Positions 37,498 through 45,967 of a stretch of DNA of 64,000 nucleotides are shown in pieces. The stretch is from the sequence record NC_017972.1; one strand, 5' to 3'. The position numbers and the translations under genes were made by a program. The notes beneath the pieces were generated by a model. It worked only from the letters and a program-made list of their open reading frames with translations, did no database searches and was not told where the DNA came from. Position 1 is the first letter of the stretch. Each line of letters opens with the position of its first letter.

Positions 37498-38169
37498 TCA
37501 GCTCGACGAACCGCCATGCGCCGAACTACGGCCACCGCCACCGGATGCAAATATCGCTTTTGCACGCGATTGCGTAGCACTTTGTACCGAGGCCGGGGCA
37601 CTGGAAGGCGAAGCGCGCCATTGCGAAACACGGGAATTCAGGTTTTGTCGGTAGTTCGGCGCAGCGCGGACAGCTGCGCGATTTTGGTTCATCATCGCAG
37701 CCGCATAACCTGCGGTGTTGCTGTTACGGCAACGGCGGCGTTCGTCGCGATTATCACACTGCGTTGTTTGCAGCGGTTGGTGCTGTTGCTGGTATTGCTG
37801 TACGCCCCCGGAACTGGTCATTGCTTTTGCCAGCAGATAACCGCCCAGCGCACCAGCACCAGCAGAGGCAACCATCGGCCACACGGAATCACTGCTTTGT
37901 CCGTTCGCTTCTTCGCGGACAACGTGCATTTGCTTTTTGCCGTTTTCATCCAAGGTAAAGTAAACGTCTTTTACCGTTGGGTCTTGCGCTTGCAATTCCT
38001 TCAACGCGGCTTGACGATCTTTTTCATCATCGGCCAATTGCTGGCGGGTCTGCGCGCCCGCTTGTTCATCGACGTAAGCCTGCTCTTCGTCTGGATATGC
38101 AGCATCACCGCTGTCACAACCTGCGAGCAAGGCCAAAGCCGACGCCAAAACGACTACCTTTTTACTCAC
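37498..38169 (-). CDS. YgiB/YjfM (DUF1190)-like lipoprotein with Gly/Ser-rich C-terminus
   Basis: LASALALLAGC lipobox. WPM...GYLLAKAM..GG..QPL resembles YgiB WMPLMAGYMMGRLM..QPL. Ends ASGGGGRSSAHGGSSS. Directly upstream of the ygiC-like gene. Confidence 0.7.
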   Translation of the reverse strand: MSKKVVVLASALALLAGCDSGDAAYPDEEQAYVDEQAGAQTRQQLADDEKDRQAALKELQAQDPTVKDVYFTLDENGKKQMHVVREEANGQSSDSVWPMVASAGAGALGGYLLAKAMTSSGGVQQYQQQHQPLQTTQCDNRDERRRCRNSNTAGYAAAMMNQNRAAVRAAPNYRQNLNSRVSQWRASPSSAPASVQSATQSRAKAIFASGGGGRSSAHGGSSS

Positions 38170-38522
38170 ACTTTTTTCCTCTTTAGCTTAGTGAATGCTA
38201 ACGCGGCGAAGTGTTCCGCGCTAACGTGGTTTTTGATGAATTCGTAACCCTTTTCGTCCACGTACATTATCGTGTCCACGCAAGGGTAAAGCGAAGTTTC
38301 CAAACGCTTGCGCTTGTACTCCATAGACGAAACGTGCATCGACGTAGGCATACCGTTGGCGTCTTCAAGCAAGATAAAACGCGCTTTCTCGCAAGGGTCA
38401 GGTTTGATCAGGCAGCAAACGTAGTCGAAGCCGCTCAGGGCAATATGCTTGCCCAGCGCTGCGCGGCGAACCACCTCAGACTGCGGAACGAAATGCACAT
38501 GACCGTTATCCGTTTTCTTCAC
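38166..38522 (-). CDS. Hypothetical protein
   Basis: 118 aa, GTG start, ATGA coupling downstream. Confidence 0.7.
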   Translation of the reverse strand: MKKTDNGHVHFVPQSEVVRRAALGKHIALSGFDYVCCLIKPDPCEKARFILLEDANGMPTSMHVSSMEYKRKRLETSLYPCVDTIMYVDEKGYEFIKNHVSAEHFAALAFTKLKRKKV

Positions 38523-38532
38523 GTCTATATCC

Positions 38533-38543
38533 TATTTACAGTT
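38533..38543 (-). promoter_or_regulatory. AACTGTAAATA motif, copy 4
   Basis: Gene junction, 10 bp upstream of the GTG at 38522. Heads the unit containing the ygiB/ygiC-like genes. Confidence 0.65.
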
Positions 38544-39378
38544 ACACCGTGTTGAGTTCTTTGCAGTCTTCGTCAGACACCAGTTCTTTGAAGCGGATAG
38601 CGTAATAGATATCCTCTTTGCGGTCATTGCCTACAATCCGGTTCATTCGCTTATCCGGCGCGCAGTAACGAATCTCCGAACGAACGCGTCTGATGCTGGT
38701 CAGGCCGTAGCGGAAAAGGAACGAGAAATAATCACAAGGTTCCAATCGCGTGTACAGCACGTTGTCTTCGATAAACGAACCGCTGTGTGCGTTGTTGAAC
38801 AGTTCGTGATCCTGCATGTGCGCCATGATTTCTTCGGCGTTTTTTACGTTGAACGATTGGTAGCACTCTTCCAACCACACGCGCATATCGGCGAAGCCTT
38901 TGTGCAGGCTAATTTCCAGCAATTTTTCATTGCGGAAACGGAACGTGTAACGGAAATATTCGCGGTCGTAGGCCCAGCGTAGTTTGATACCTTTTTCTGC
39001 CGCCAGCACTTTGAACAATGCCGCCGTTTCGCTAAGCAGTGCCAGCCGCCGCTCAATGGCCTCGATCAATTCGTCCACGTACTTTTGCAAGCCTTCACCT
39101 TCTGGCAAGAATTTACCAGTTGGATCGACTTCAATTTCATGGCTGGTAAAGCGCACATTTGCCCAGCCGGGTGGCGTGCCTTCGTAAGTGTCGCGGTCGT
39201 GCTTCGGCGCGTATTCGATTTTGGTTACGCGAACATCCAGCGGTGTAAACGGGCGCGAGAAAGTAAACTCGACGTTGCTAATGGATCGGCTTTTGTCGAT
39301 CTTGAAACCGTGTTTGACTAGCAGGTCGGAAAGAATCTGAATTCCTTCCGGGCTAAGCCGCACAAATTTCTGACTCAT
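38542..39378 (-). CDS. Hypothetical protein
   Basis: 278 aa, ATGA overlap. Confidence 0.75.
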   Translation of the reverse strand: MSQKFVRLSPEGIQILSDLLVKHGFKIDKSRSISNVEFTFSRPFTPLDVRVTKIEYAPKHDRDTYEGTPPGWANVRFTSHEIEVDPTGKFLPEGEGLQKYVDELIEAIERRLALLSETAALFKVLAAEKGIKLRWAYDREYFRYTFRFRNEKLLEISLHKGFADMRVWLEECYQSFNVKNAEEIMAHMQDHELFNNAHSGSFIEDNVLYTRLEPCDYFSFLFRYGLTSIRRVRSEIRYCAPDKRMNRIVGNDRKEDIYYAIRFKELVSDEDCKELNTV

Positions 39379-40181
39379 TTCAATTCTCCTTCAAGAATCC
39401 TGCGATCTGCGTCCGAAACTTTGGAACGCAAGTTGATCATTGTATAGGTAAAACTACGCTGTTCATCTTGCAGCAATTTATTCAGATACGAATCATCGGA
39501 GGTCATGTTGGCCTTGCCTTCGATTTCCCGCATAGAGCGCACGCCATACTTGAACATAAACGGGATAAAATTCTGCCAGCCGCCGGTGGAAAGAATACGG
39601 GATTCGTAAACGCGAACCGTCCGAACATCGTTATCGAAATTCAGGGCGCGCAGAGTGTCCAGCGCCTGCTCATGTGTCATGCAAAGATCGGAAACTTCGC
39701 CGCCCGGTGTAAATACCGTGAACTTAACGCCCGACGTAAAGTCACGCTTTAGTTTTACGTTCATCAGCAATTTGCCTTGCAGCTGGAAAGTCCAGCAGGC
39801 CGACAAATGGTTGTAAAACAATTTGGTGCGGATGCCAAGATTGGCGCTAGCTGCTCTGAGGTTCTCGCAAAACTCTTCGGCGCGACTTACGATGTTTTCT
39901 GCGTGGTAAACCCGTTCGTCAATGTACGAAATGATTTCAGCAAGCGTCGGCTGTTGCACGGTCATGCCGCGATAGGCGATGTACTTACTGCCAATGGCAA
40001 ACCCGTTAATGGCGGTGTTGCTTTTAGGCCCAACGAATTGCAGGCGAACGGACAGCGGCAAGCGCTTGTGCCCGTAGTCAGAGAATGAGGCCCAGTTAGA
40101 AATAGAAAAGTTTTTCGATTTCAGGTAGGCCTTGAGGCGTTTGGTTTCGTCAGTGGTCAAAGGCGCGAAGATCATTTGCAC
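39375..40181 (-). CDS. Hypothetical protein (possible distant paralog of 38542..39378)
   Basis: 268 aa. Both have N-terminal L..e..k.L...l.k..f.I and C-terminal F.PF.FkYGv.S.R patterns. Confidence 0.7.
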   Translation of the reverse strand: MQMIFAPLTTDETKRLKAYLKSKNFSISNWASFSDYGHKRLPLSVRLQFVGPKSNTAINGFAIGSKYIAYRGMTVQQPTLAEIISYIDERVYHAENIVSRAEEFCENLRAASANLGIRTKLFYNHLSACWTFQLQGKLLMNVKLKRDFTSGVKFTVFTPGGEVSDLCMTHEQALDTLRALNFDNDVRTVRVYESRILSTGGWQNFIPFMFKYGVRSMREIEGKANMTSDDSYLNKLLQDEQRSFTYTMINLRSKVSDADRRILEGELK

Positions 40182-40834
40182 ATATCCGCGTAGGTGACGA
40201 CGGCAGCGTTCTTACCGTTGTCGGTGAAAATTGAGTAAGATTTTGCGGGCGCCAGCGGGTAGCGGCCCGGCTCACCGTCGCTGATATTCAGCTTCTGGTG
40301 CGTACCGTCCGCGTTATGCGCAAGAATCGAAGAGGCACTGCTAGGCATTTCGATAAAGGTTTTTTCTTCGACAGTTCGCATGTCGTAGAATTTCCAATTG
40401 AACACGATGTAGTAGCGATACGAATAATCGCGAGTGCCTTTCATCGTGCGGTCGCCTACCTTGAAAACACAGGTAGCCGTGTGCGAGCCGTATTTGTCCC
40501 ACGCTTGCACGTATTGATCGCGATTATTCCACGCGATAGCCGCAAGGATGGTCAGCACGCCAGCAATGGCCGACAGCCAACCCACAACCTTCAAGGTTTT
40601 AACCAACCAACGAGGCGCCTGCATTTCCTTATCGGATTCAACCTGCTTTTTCTTCGTCCGGCGAATTTTCCCCAGCATCGATTCCTTGGCCGCTTTGGAT
40701 TCGGCATCACGTTGGAGAATTTCCGCTTCTTTTTCAGCGGCGGCGCGAGCATCCGCGTCCAACTGTTGGGCGATTTGTTCGCCAAGGCTTACTTCGCAGA
40801 TTTCCGGGGCTTGGGATTCGTTAGCGTGTTGCAT
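40172..40834 (-). CDS. Membrane-anchored hypothetical protein
   Basis: Charged N-terminal helix, then VVGWLSAIAGVLTILAAIAW TM segment. Confidence 0.75.
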   Translation of the reverse strand: MQHANESQAPEICEVSLGEQIAQQLDADARAAAEKEAEILQRDAESKAAKESMLGKIRRTKKKQVESDKEMQAPRWLVKTLKVVGWLSAIAGVLTILAAIAWNNRDQYVQAWDKYGSHTATCVFKVGDRTMKGTRDYSYRYYIVFNWKFYDMRTVEEKTFIEMPSSASSILAHNADGTHQKLNISDGEPGRYPLAPAKSYSIFTDNGKNAAVVTYADMCK

Positions 40835-40865
40835 TGTGATTCCTTATCTAGCTTTCGTGGTTGGA

Positions 40866-41390
40866 TCAGAGGTATTTGTTAGCAAAGAACTCGATTCGAT
40901 CTTTGTGCATCAGGAGCAAAAACGTGTTGTGTGTCCAAACCAAATCCGTGCCCATGAATACTTGGGTATCATCGCACACGAATTGACAACGGCTTTGTGC
41001 GCGCACGTCCTCGGCCTTTTCCCATTCCATGACCATTTTTACGCGGGTTAAATTTACCATGACGTTTGCATACGCCACCTGATAAACGTTGGCCTCGCCT
41101 CGGGGAATGTAGTTGTAGAGGATCGCCCTACTGGTGCCCTCTACCCAAAACAAATTCGCGGGCCTTTCCAGAAAATGCTTTTGTGGAAGCCAGCCCTGTT
41201 TTTCAATCACGATTCGCTTGCGTAGCTTAGCCACATATTCCCGCAAACCGGTGTCACGACCGTAGGCAGCGCCTTCGGCTAATTGCTTGAGCACCATGTA
41301 AGCATTTCGCATGGCATTCCGTTTTTCCGCAAGGGCATCACGCGTCTGCTTCGACAGCTTGACCTTGGGCGACTCGGAAGTATTTTGCAT
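40866..41390 (-). CDS. Hypothetical protein
   Basis: 174 aa, AAGG RBS. Confidence 0.75.
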   Translation of the reverse strand: MQNTSESPKVKLSKQTRDALAEKRNAMRNAYMVLKQLAEGAAYGRDTGLREYVAKLRKRIVIEKQGWLPQKHFLERPANLFWVEGTSRAILYNYIPRGEANVYQVAYANVMVNLTRVKMVMEWEKAEDVRAQSRCQFVCDDTQVFMGTDLVWTHNTFLLLMHKDRIEFFANKYL

Positions 41391-41407
41391 CGGACTTTTC
41401 CTTGTAC

Positions 41408-41797
41408 CTAAACCTTACGACCTAGCGTCGTTGGGTCAGTTTCATCAGTCACGTATTGATAGCCGCCTTTGTTATACAAAGGCGCTACCCGTTTTTTCTT
41501 TTTCTCGATTTCTACTTGTGCTGCGGCTTCGCGTTCTTGCCAGCCATCATACTGCAAAATTTCGTCACGGGAAATCTTGTTGTCGGAGGCCCGTGCTGGC
41601 GCCTCAGTAATCAACTTAACATCCAGATGCTTTGCGTTTTTGCTCACGTCTAAAGTGCTAGACGCTTTCGCCTTTCTTTTCTCTTTGGGCAGAGAACCAT
41701 CCGGGTTCCGGCCAAGCTGTTTTGCAAGCTTAGCCTTCTCCGCTGCTTCTTTCTGCTCACGCTGCTTTCGTTGTTGTAACTGCTTGCGTGTAAGCAC
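41408..41797 (-). CDS. Basic protein with C-terminal APLYNKGGYQY motif
   Basis: Motif recalls a conserved uncharacterised family of T4-like/large myoviruses (AP.YNKG.YQ). Confidence 0.6.
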   Translation of the reverse strand: MLTRKQLQQRKQREQKEAAEKAKLAKQLGRNPDGSLPKEKRKAKASSTLDVSKNAKHLDVKLITEAPARASDNKISRDEILQYDGWQEREAAAQVEIEKKKKRVAPLYNKGGYQYVTDETDPTTLGRKV

Positions 41798-41807
41798 GGC
41801 AAAATCC

Positions 41808-42122
41808 TTATTCGGATTGTTGGATCAGTTGGCGTTCCTCGGTGGAAAGCTTTTCAGCGATTTCTTCCAGCGGATGCGCGCCAGTTTCTTCGGCTTCGAT
41901 GTGGTCGGCCATACGTAGCAGGATTTCGTCTTTCAGGCCCCGGCTGCCGTACTCGACGCCGCCGATGGTTTGTGTGTGCTGGCAGGAAATAAACATGCTC
42001 TGCACAACGCCCACGCCAGCGGCTTTGATCGGCCACGGGAATTGCACTTGATCAAGATCGACCGCGTGCCCGAAAATCATTGGTACTTCTTTGCCATCGA
42101 TTTCAACAACTACGTATTTCAT
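41808..42122 (-). CDS. Hypothetical protein
   Basis: MKYVVVE...PMIF pattern similar to 34582..34890. Confidence 0.7.
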   Translation of the reverse strand: MKYVVVEIDGKEVPMIFGHAVDLDQVQFPWPIKAAGVGVVQSMFISCQHTQTIGGVEYGSRGLKDEILLRMADHIEAEETGAHPLEEIAEKLSTEERQLIQQSE

Positions 42123-42361
42123 CAGTGCTTGCTCCCCGAGACTACATGCTCGAACATGTCCACGATTTCATCGTAGGAAATTTGAACTTCGTTGCGCTCA
42201 ATGGTGAACGCGGTTTCTGTTGCGGTTGCCACGATTTCAAACGAACCGGACAGCTCACGCGGCACAGCAACTACGTAGTAATCGCCGTGCTTCTGAATGT
42301 CGGTTGCCCTTACGCCCGCAAAGTCGGACATGGAATGTGAAGCGTATATACGAGTGACCAT
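42122..42361 (-). CDS. Hypothetical protein
   Basis: Start re-assigned to ATG 42361 (GGAG upstream). Confidence 0.65.
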   Translation of the reverse strand: MVTRIYASHSMSDFAGVRATDIQKHGDYYVVAVPRELSGSFEIVATATETAFTIERNEVQISYDEIVDMFEHVVSGSKH

Positions 42362-42476
42362 TTCAATTTCTCCAAAGACATAATTTTCCCTCGACTCCCT
42401 TAAAGGCGGTCCCAAAGACTGAACAGCCTATCCATTTCGCCAGCTGGCGTTGCCATTTTTCTTGTCGGTGTTGCTG

Positions 42477-42680
42477 TTACAGCTCCCGCTCCCACGTTGC
42501 TTTTAGGCGAGTGGACTGGGGGAATGCGATTAGCAGTCTCCGGCTTTGTTCCGATGTGAATTGCCGGGCGCGTAACCTGCTTTTGCATAAATAAGCTCGT
42601 TTTAAATCAAAGTTGTAGATATAGTCGCCCGTAGACAACCTCACTACATATTTACAGTTTTCATCGACTGGCGTAGCCAT
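42477..42680 (-). CDS. Hypothetical protein
   Basis: TAAAGGTC-ATG RBS directly after the HD gene stop. Confidence 0.65.
   Translation of the reverse strand: MATPVDENCKYVVRLSTGDYIYNFDLKRAYLCKSRLRARQFTSEQSRRLLIAFPQSTRLKATWEREL
42649..42659 (-). promoter_or_regulatory. AACTGTAAATA motif, copy 5 (intragenic)
   Basis: Exact 11-mer near the 5' end of 42477..42680. Confidence 0.5.
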
Positions 42681-42685
42681 GACCT

Positions 42686-43351
42686 TTACTCCCGTGCAAG
42701 CGTCTCCATGACGGCAATACGGGCGTCCAGCGTGGCGTTCCAGATAAAGCGTCCGGCATCAGTGAACAACTCGCTGCTTTCCATGAATGCAATTTGCGAT
42801 TTGAGCAGGGACCGAGGGTCAAGGCCCAGCTCAGCGCAAAGATTATTCATGACATATTCTGTGCCGCGTGGTTCCAGCGATTCCATAATGTCGGCATCGC
42901 GCAGCGCCATTTGCACAATGTCTACTGGTGGCACAGGGAAGCGGCCTTCGTGGAATTCCGTGCAGCGAATGCACGACTCAATGTAGGCAATTGCGTCCGG
43001 TTTGAAATACGCTTTCACGCAGTCAGCGGCACGCAAACCTGCAATGGCAATTTCAATGTTATGCGAATCGGGCGGCATACCGGTGTGGCCGAAATCATGG
43101 AACATCGCAGCCACCAACAAATGCGCATAATCGGTACGCAAACGCCAGCCAGTTGCCGACAGCAATTCATAGCCGCGCAACGCCACGCGCAGGCAGTGAT
43201 CGGTGTTGTGGTACGGCTGGTTTGTGTCGAAGTGCGGTTGCCGAACGTAGTCATAAATTTCGTTCAAGCGGTAGCGGTCGATGATCGCGCCCAGCATTGC
43301 CGTGCGGTAATCGGTGGCGAGATTCAGCTGCACATTTGGATCGATATTCAT
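42686..43351 (-). CDS. HD-domain phosphohydrolase (class I PDE-like motif)
   Basis: YHNTDH, AAMFHDFGHTG and RDADI motifs. Start re-assigned to ATG 43351. Confidence 0.8.
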   Translation of the reverse strand: MNIDPNVQLNLATDYRTAMLGAIIDRYRLNEIYDYVRQPHFDTNQPYHNTDHCLRVALRGYELLSATGWRLRTDYAHLLVAAMFHDFGHTGMPPDSHNIEIAIAGLRAADCVKAYFKPDAIAYIESCIRCTEFHEGRFPVPPVDIVQMALRDADIMESLEPRGTEYVMNNLCAELGLDPRSLLKSQIAFMESSELFTDAGRFIWNATLDARIAVMETLARE

Positions 43352-43352
43352 T

Positions 43353-43547
43353 TCACTTCCTCTGTTTTCTGATGACGGTGACGTTAAAGCGAAAACGAAT
43401 TTCTTCGATGTACGAATTAAACAGCCCAATAGCTGCGCCACCTGCAATCAGAATGGCGCCAGCCGCATAGCCGCCGTTGAACGCACAGAACAGACCTGCA
43501 ACCAACAGCATGAGGGTTATCAGGTTCCAGAAAGTTTCCCGTGTCAT
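43353..43547 (-). CDS. Small two-TM membrane protein
   Basis: Start at ATG 43547 (ATGA overlap): MTRETFWNLITLMLLVAGLFCAF. Confidence 0.65.
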   Translation of the reverse strand: MTRETFWNLITLMLLVAGLFCAFNGGYAAGAILIAGGAAIGLFNSYIEEIRFRFNVTVIRKQRK

Positions 43548-44071
43548 TTGTCGTGCTTTTCCTTGTAGGCCGCAATGTCGGCGTTGAATTTCTTTTTCCA
43601 ATCGCGCACAACCTGCGAGCGGCACGGAACCTCACGCACGATTTTCAGTTGCGGGCCAACCATACGGCGCAGACGACGAATAACCGAGTTAATGTCGCAC
43701 GACCATTCGTAGTATTTGCCTTTCACGCGGCCTTGCAACGCTTCGTCTTCGACCTCAAGGCAGTATTTATATTCGACTACAAACGCTTTGCCTTTTTGCC
43801 GTTCGTTCCACACGTAGTCTTCGGCAGTTTCGTTGTGATGAACAGCAGTACCGACACAAGGCGAACTGTAGCAGGTGCGCCCACGGTAATACTCGCGCAT
43901 ATCCGTTTCCAGAATACGCAGCGTTGATTTAGCACCACGGAACAGCTTGCGGTACTTCGGCATAATCTGAATGTGGTTGCGTTTCCACTTGCGCATGATC
44001 CAGCCGCCACCGTAGACCGGGCAGTTTGGATATTCGTCAGAAAACTCACAAATCTTTTCAATCGCAGCCAC
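43544..44071 (-). CDS. Conserved-type phage hypothetical protein
   Basis: MAAIEKICEFS...KRNHIQI.P.YRK.FRG pattern. AAGG RBS. Confidence 0.7.
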   Translation of the reverse strand: MAAIEKICEFSDEYPNCPVYGGGWIMRKWKRNHIQIMPKYRKLFRGAKSTLRILETDMREYYRGRTCYSSPCVGTAVHHNETAEDYVWNERQKGKAFVVEYKYCLEVEDEALQGRVKGKYYEWSCDINSVIRRLRRMVGPQLKIVREVPCRSQVVRDWKKKFNADIAAYKEKHDK

Positions 44072-44127
44072 AATCGTTTCCTTTTTCTTCTACGTCTTCG
44101 TCTCTACGGTTTGCCATGGGGCCTAGT

Positions 44128-45102
44128 TTAGCGGGCTTCTTTTTTGGATTGTTCATACTCAGCCCCAACCGTTTCCAGATAAAGCGCCAGACGTTTTGCA
44201 TCGCACGGGCCTTGGCGTTTCGCCTGCTTCACCACACGCCGCACAGCCGCTTCGTGTTTGTGCTTTTTGCGTTCCTTTTCGTACAGCGCCGGAACGTCTT
44301 TGTAGAACAGCCGGTCGATGCGTGTAGGGAAGTGCGAGTAGGAATCCCACAAAACCGTTTTGCCAATGCCCGGTTCGATTTCCATTTCCACTACAGGCGG
44401 TGGATTACCGAGATATTTATGAAAACGTTCCAGCGCATCTGCGGTAATGTCCGCTTCCAGCCCAGCCAACGGGTCCGGGTCTTCCAAGCAAATATGCGCA
44501 ATATCTTTGCCTTCGCGCTTCAAACGTTCCAGCACTTGCTTGTAGAAATAACCAGAGAAACGCGCAGGTGTGCCGAACACCGGAATGACGCCAACCGGAA
44601 ACCCACCAGTCAGCATACGATTATTCTCGATGATTTCGCTTACCAGTTTATCGGCACCACAGGTTAAAATGGGCATACGCGGTTTATTCGCTGCATTTTC
44701 TGCCAGCTTTGCCATTACATTCGACGCGCCGTGGCTGGTGTCCGCCATTTTCACAACCAACCCACCAGCACGGACAGCCTGTTCGGCACGGGCACCGTAA
44801 CGCATACCGAAAAGCGCACTGCGCATTTCACGACGTTCTGCTTCGGCACCTTCAAAAAACTTTGCAGCATTTTCTTCGTGCATCAGGAACTCCGACAGGA
44901 ACGTTTGGATTGGGGAATTTTTGGTTTGCTTCGGGATTTGATCGACGGAAAACGGCGACATTTTCCAGCGACCATGTGCGCGGTTCTGGTAGTCTACAGC
45001 GGTGTTGTGGAACGCGCTGTGATCCTCGGGGCCACACACGAACAGGTCACGCACGCGGCGCCAGCCAAGACTATCAACGAGTTTTTGGATCGATGGAGAC
45101 AC
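44128..45102 (-). CDS. Hypothetical protein
   Basis: 324-aa ORF, AAGG RBS. Confidence 0.75.
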   Translation of the reverse strand: MSPSIQKLVDSLGWRRVRDLFVCGPEDHSAFHNTAVDYQNRAHGRWKMSPFSVDQIPKQTKNSPIQTFLSEFLMHEENAAKFFEGAEAERREMRSALFGMRYGARAEQAVRAGGLVVKMADTSHGASNVMAKLAENAANKPRMPILTCGADKLVSEIIENNRMLTGGFPVGVIPVFGTPARFSGYFYKQVLERLKREGKDIAHICLEDPDPLAGLEADITADALERFHKYLGNPPPVVEMEIEPGIGKTVLWDSYSHFPTRIDRLFYKDVPALYEKERKKHKHEAAVRRVVKQAKRQGPCDAKRLALYLETVGAEYEQSKKEAR

Positions 45103-45343
45103 AGTTAATTCCTTTCTCTTCCTTCATTACTTTTGCAAGGTGATCGGCCACAACTTGCTTACCGGTTTTCTGCTTTTGCTGCATCACTTGGCGCACAGCA
45201 GATTGCAGAATATTGCTGCGCTTTTTCATTGGCACCGTTTTGTAACGCTCGGCCAGTTCAGCCAGTACGGTTTGTGCGTTAGCGCCCGCTGCAATACGCT
45301 CAGCCATGAATTGCATGGCGTCCTGCTCCATCGACTTAATCAC
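45074..45343 (-). CDS. Hypothetical protein
   Basis: 89 aa, overlaps both neighbours. Confidence 0.6.
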   Translation of the reverse strand: MIKSMEQDAMQFMAERIAAGANAQTVLAELAERYKTVPMKKRSNILQSAVRQVMQQKQKTGKQVVADHLAKVMKEEKGINCVSIDPKTR

Positions 45344-45800
45344 GGTTGCGATTCTCTGCGATGGTTTGTTGGCCTTCGACGTAGGCGAATGCGTATTGGA
45401 TGTTTTTGCGCATCTTGGAAACCGCCATGCGGAATGTGTCTTTGCTCAATTTCAGCAGCACGGAATCGCGTGGCGTTTCCGCTGCGTTTTCCGGCAGAAC
45501 AAAATAGGTTTTGATCAGCGGCATTGCAGTGTCATTGCTTTTGATCAGGGACACCGCTCCCGTTGCTGGCGCAGTTTCAATCGCTTTCTTGATGTGGCGC
45601 TCTACCAACATCACAGAAACTTCCAGCATTTCGTCCAGCGATTCCGCAACCACGCGCTCGCCTTCCACTTCCATCAGAAACAGCGAATTATCGGTGTTGA
45701 AATCGTGGTGATACGAACGGCCCATGCCGTTGAAAATTGCACAGGCAGAATCGCCAATGCTGTTGAGCAGTTCGATTTTGTAAGCGGTGGAATTGTTCAC
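45336..45800 (-). CDS. Hypothetical protein
   Basis: Start re-assigned to GTG 45800 (GTGA overlap, GAGG RBS). Confidence 0.7.
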   Translation of the reverse strand: MNNSTAYKIELLNSIGDSACAIFNGMGRSYHHDFNTDNSLFLMEVEGERVVAESLDEMLEVSVMLVERHIKKAIETAPATGAVSLIKSNDTAMPLIKTYFVLPENAAETPRDSVLLKLSKDTFRMAVSKMRKNIQYAFAYVEGQQTIAENRNRD

Positions 45801-45967
45801 GCAAAAGCCCTCAGTACGAAAGTGATAACATCGCCGCAATTCATGATGCCGATAACGTGGAACGCGAAACGCCACGGCCCGTCAGGTCCGTTCGGATGTT
45901 CCTCGCTTGGGCGCAGCTGCCACAGGCACAAACCGACCATCAGTAAACTCAAAAACAGATTCGTCAT
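45797..45967 (-). CDS. Small membrane protein (56 aa)
   Basis: ATG 45967 overlaps the NADAR stop (ATGA): MTNLFLSLLMVGLCLW. Confidence 0.55.
   Translation of the reverse strand: MTNLFLSLLMVGLCLWQLRPSEEHPNGPDGPWRFAFHVIGIMNCGDVITFVLRAFA

Noticed and set aside
42400-42588. ORF 42400..42588, and its 18-aa internal part MATPAGEMDRL.. that echoes MATPVDE of 42477..42680
   Set aside because: It overlaps the RBS-supported gene by 112 bp, and the N-terminal echo is too short to distinguish from chance.
43764-43771. T4 late consensus TATAAATA on the - strand
   Set aside because: Single intragenic copy explained by the codons GAA TAT AAA TAC. An 8-mer is expected by chance about twice in this window.
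44058-44117. 19-aa mini-ORF MANRRDEDVEEKGNDCGCD in the 44071-44128 gap
   Set aside because: Too short and without a convincing RBS or motif to support.
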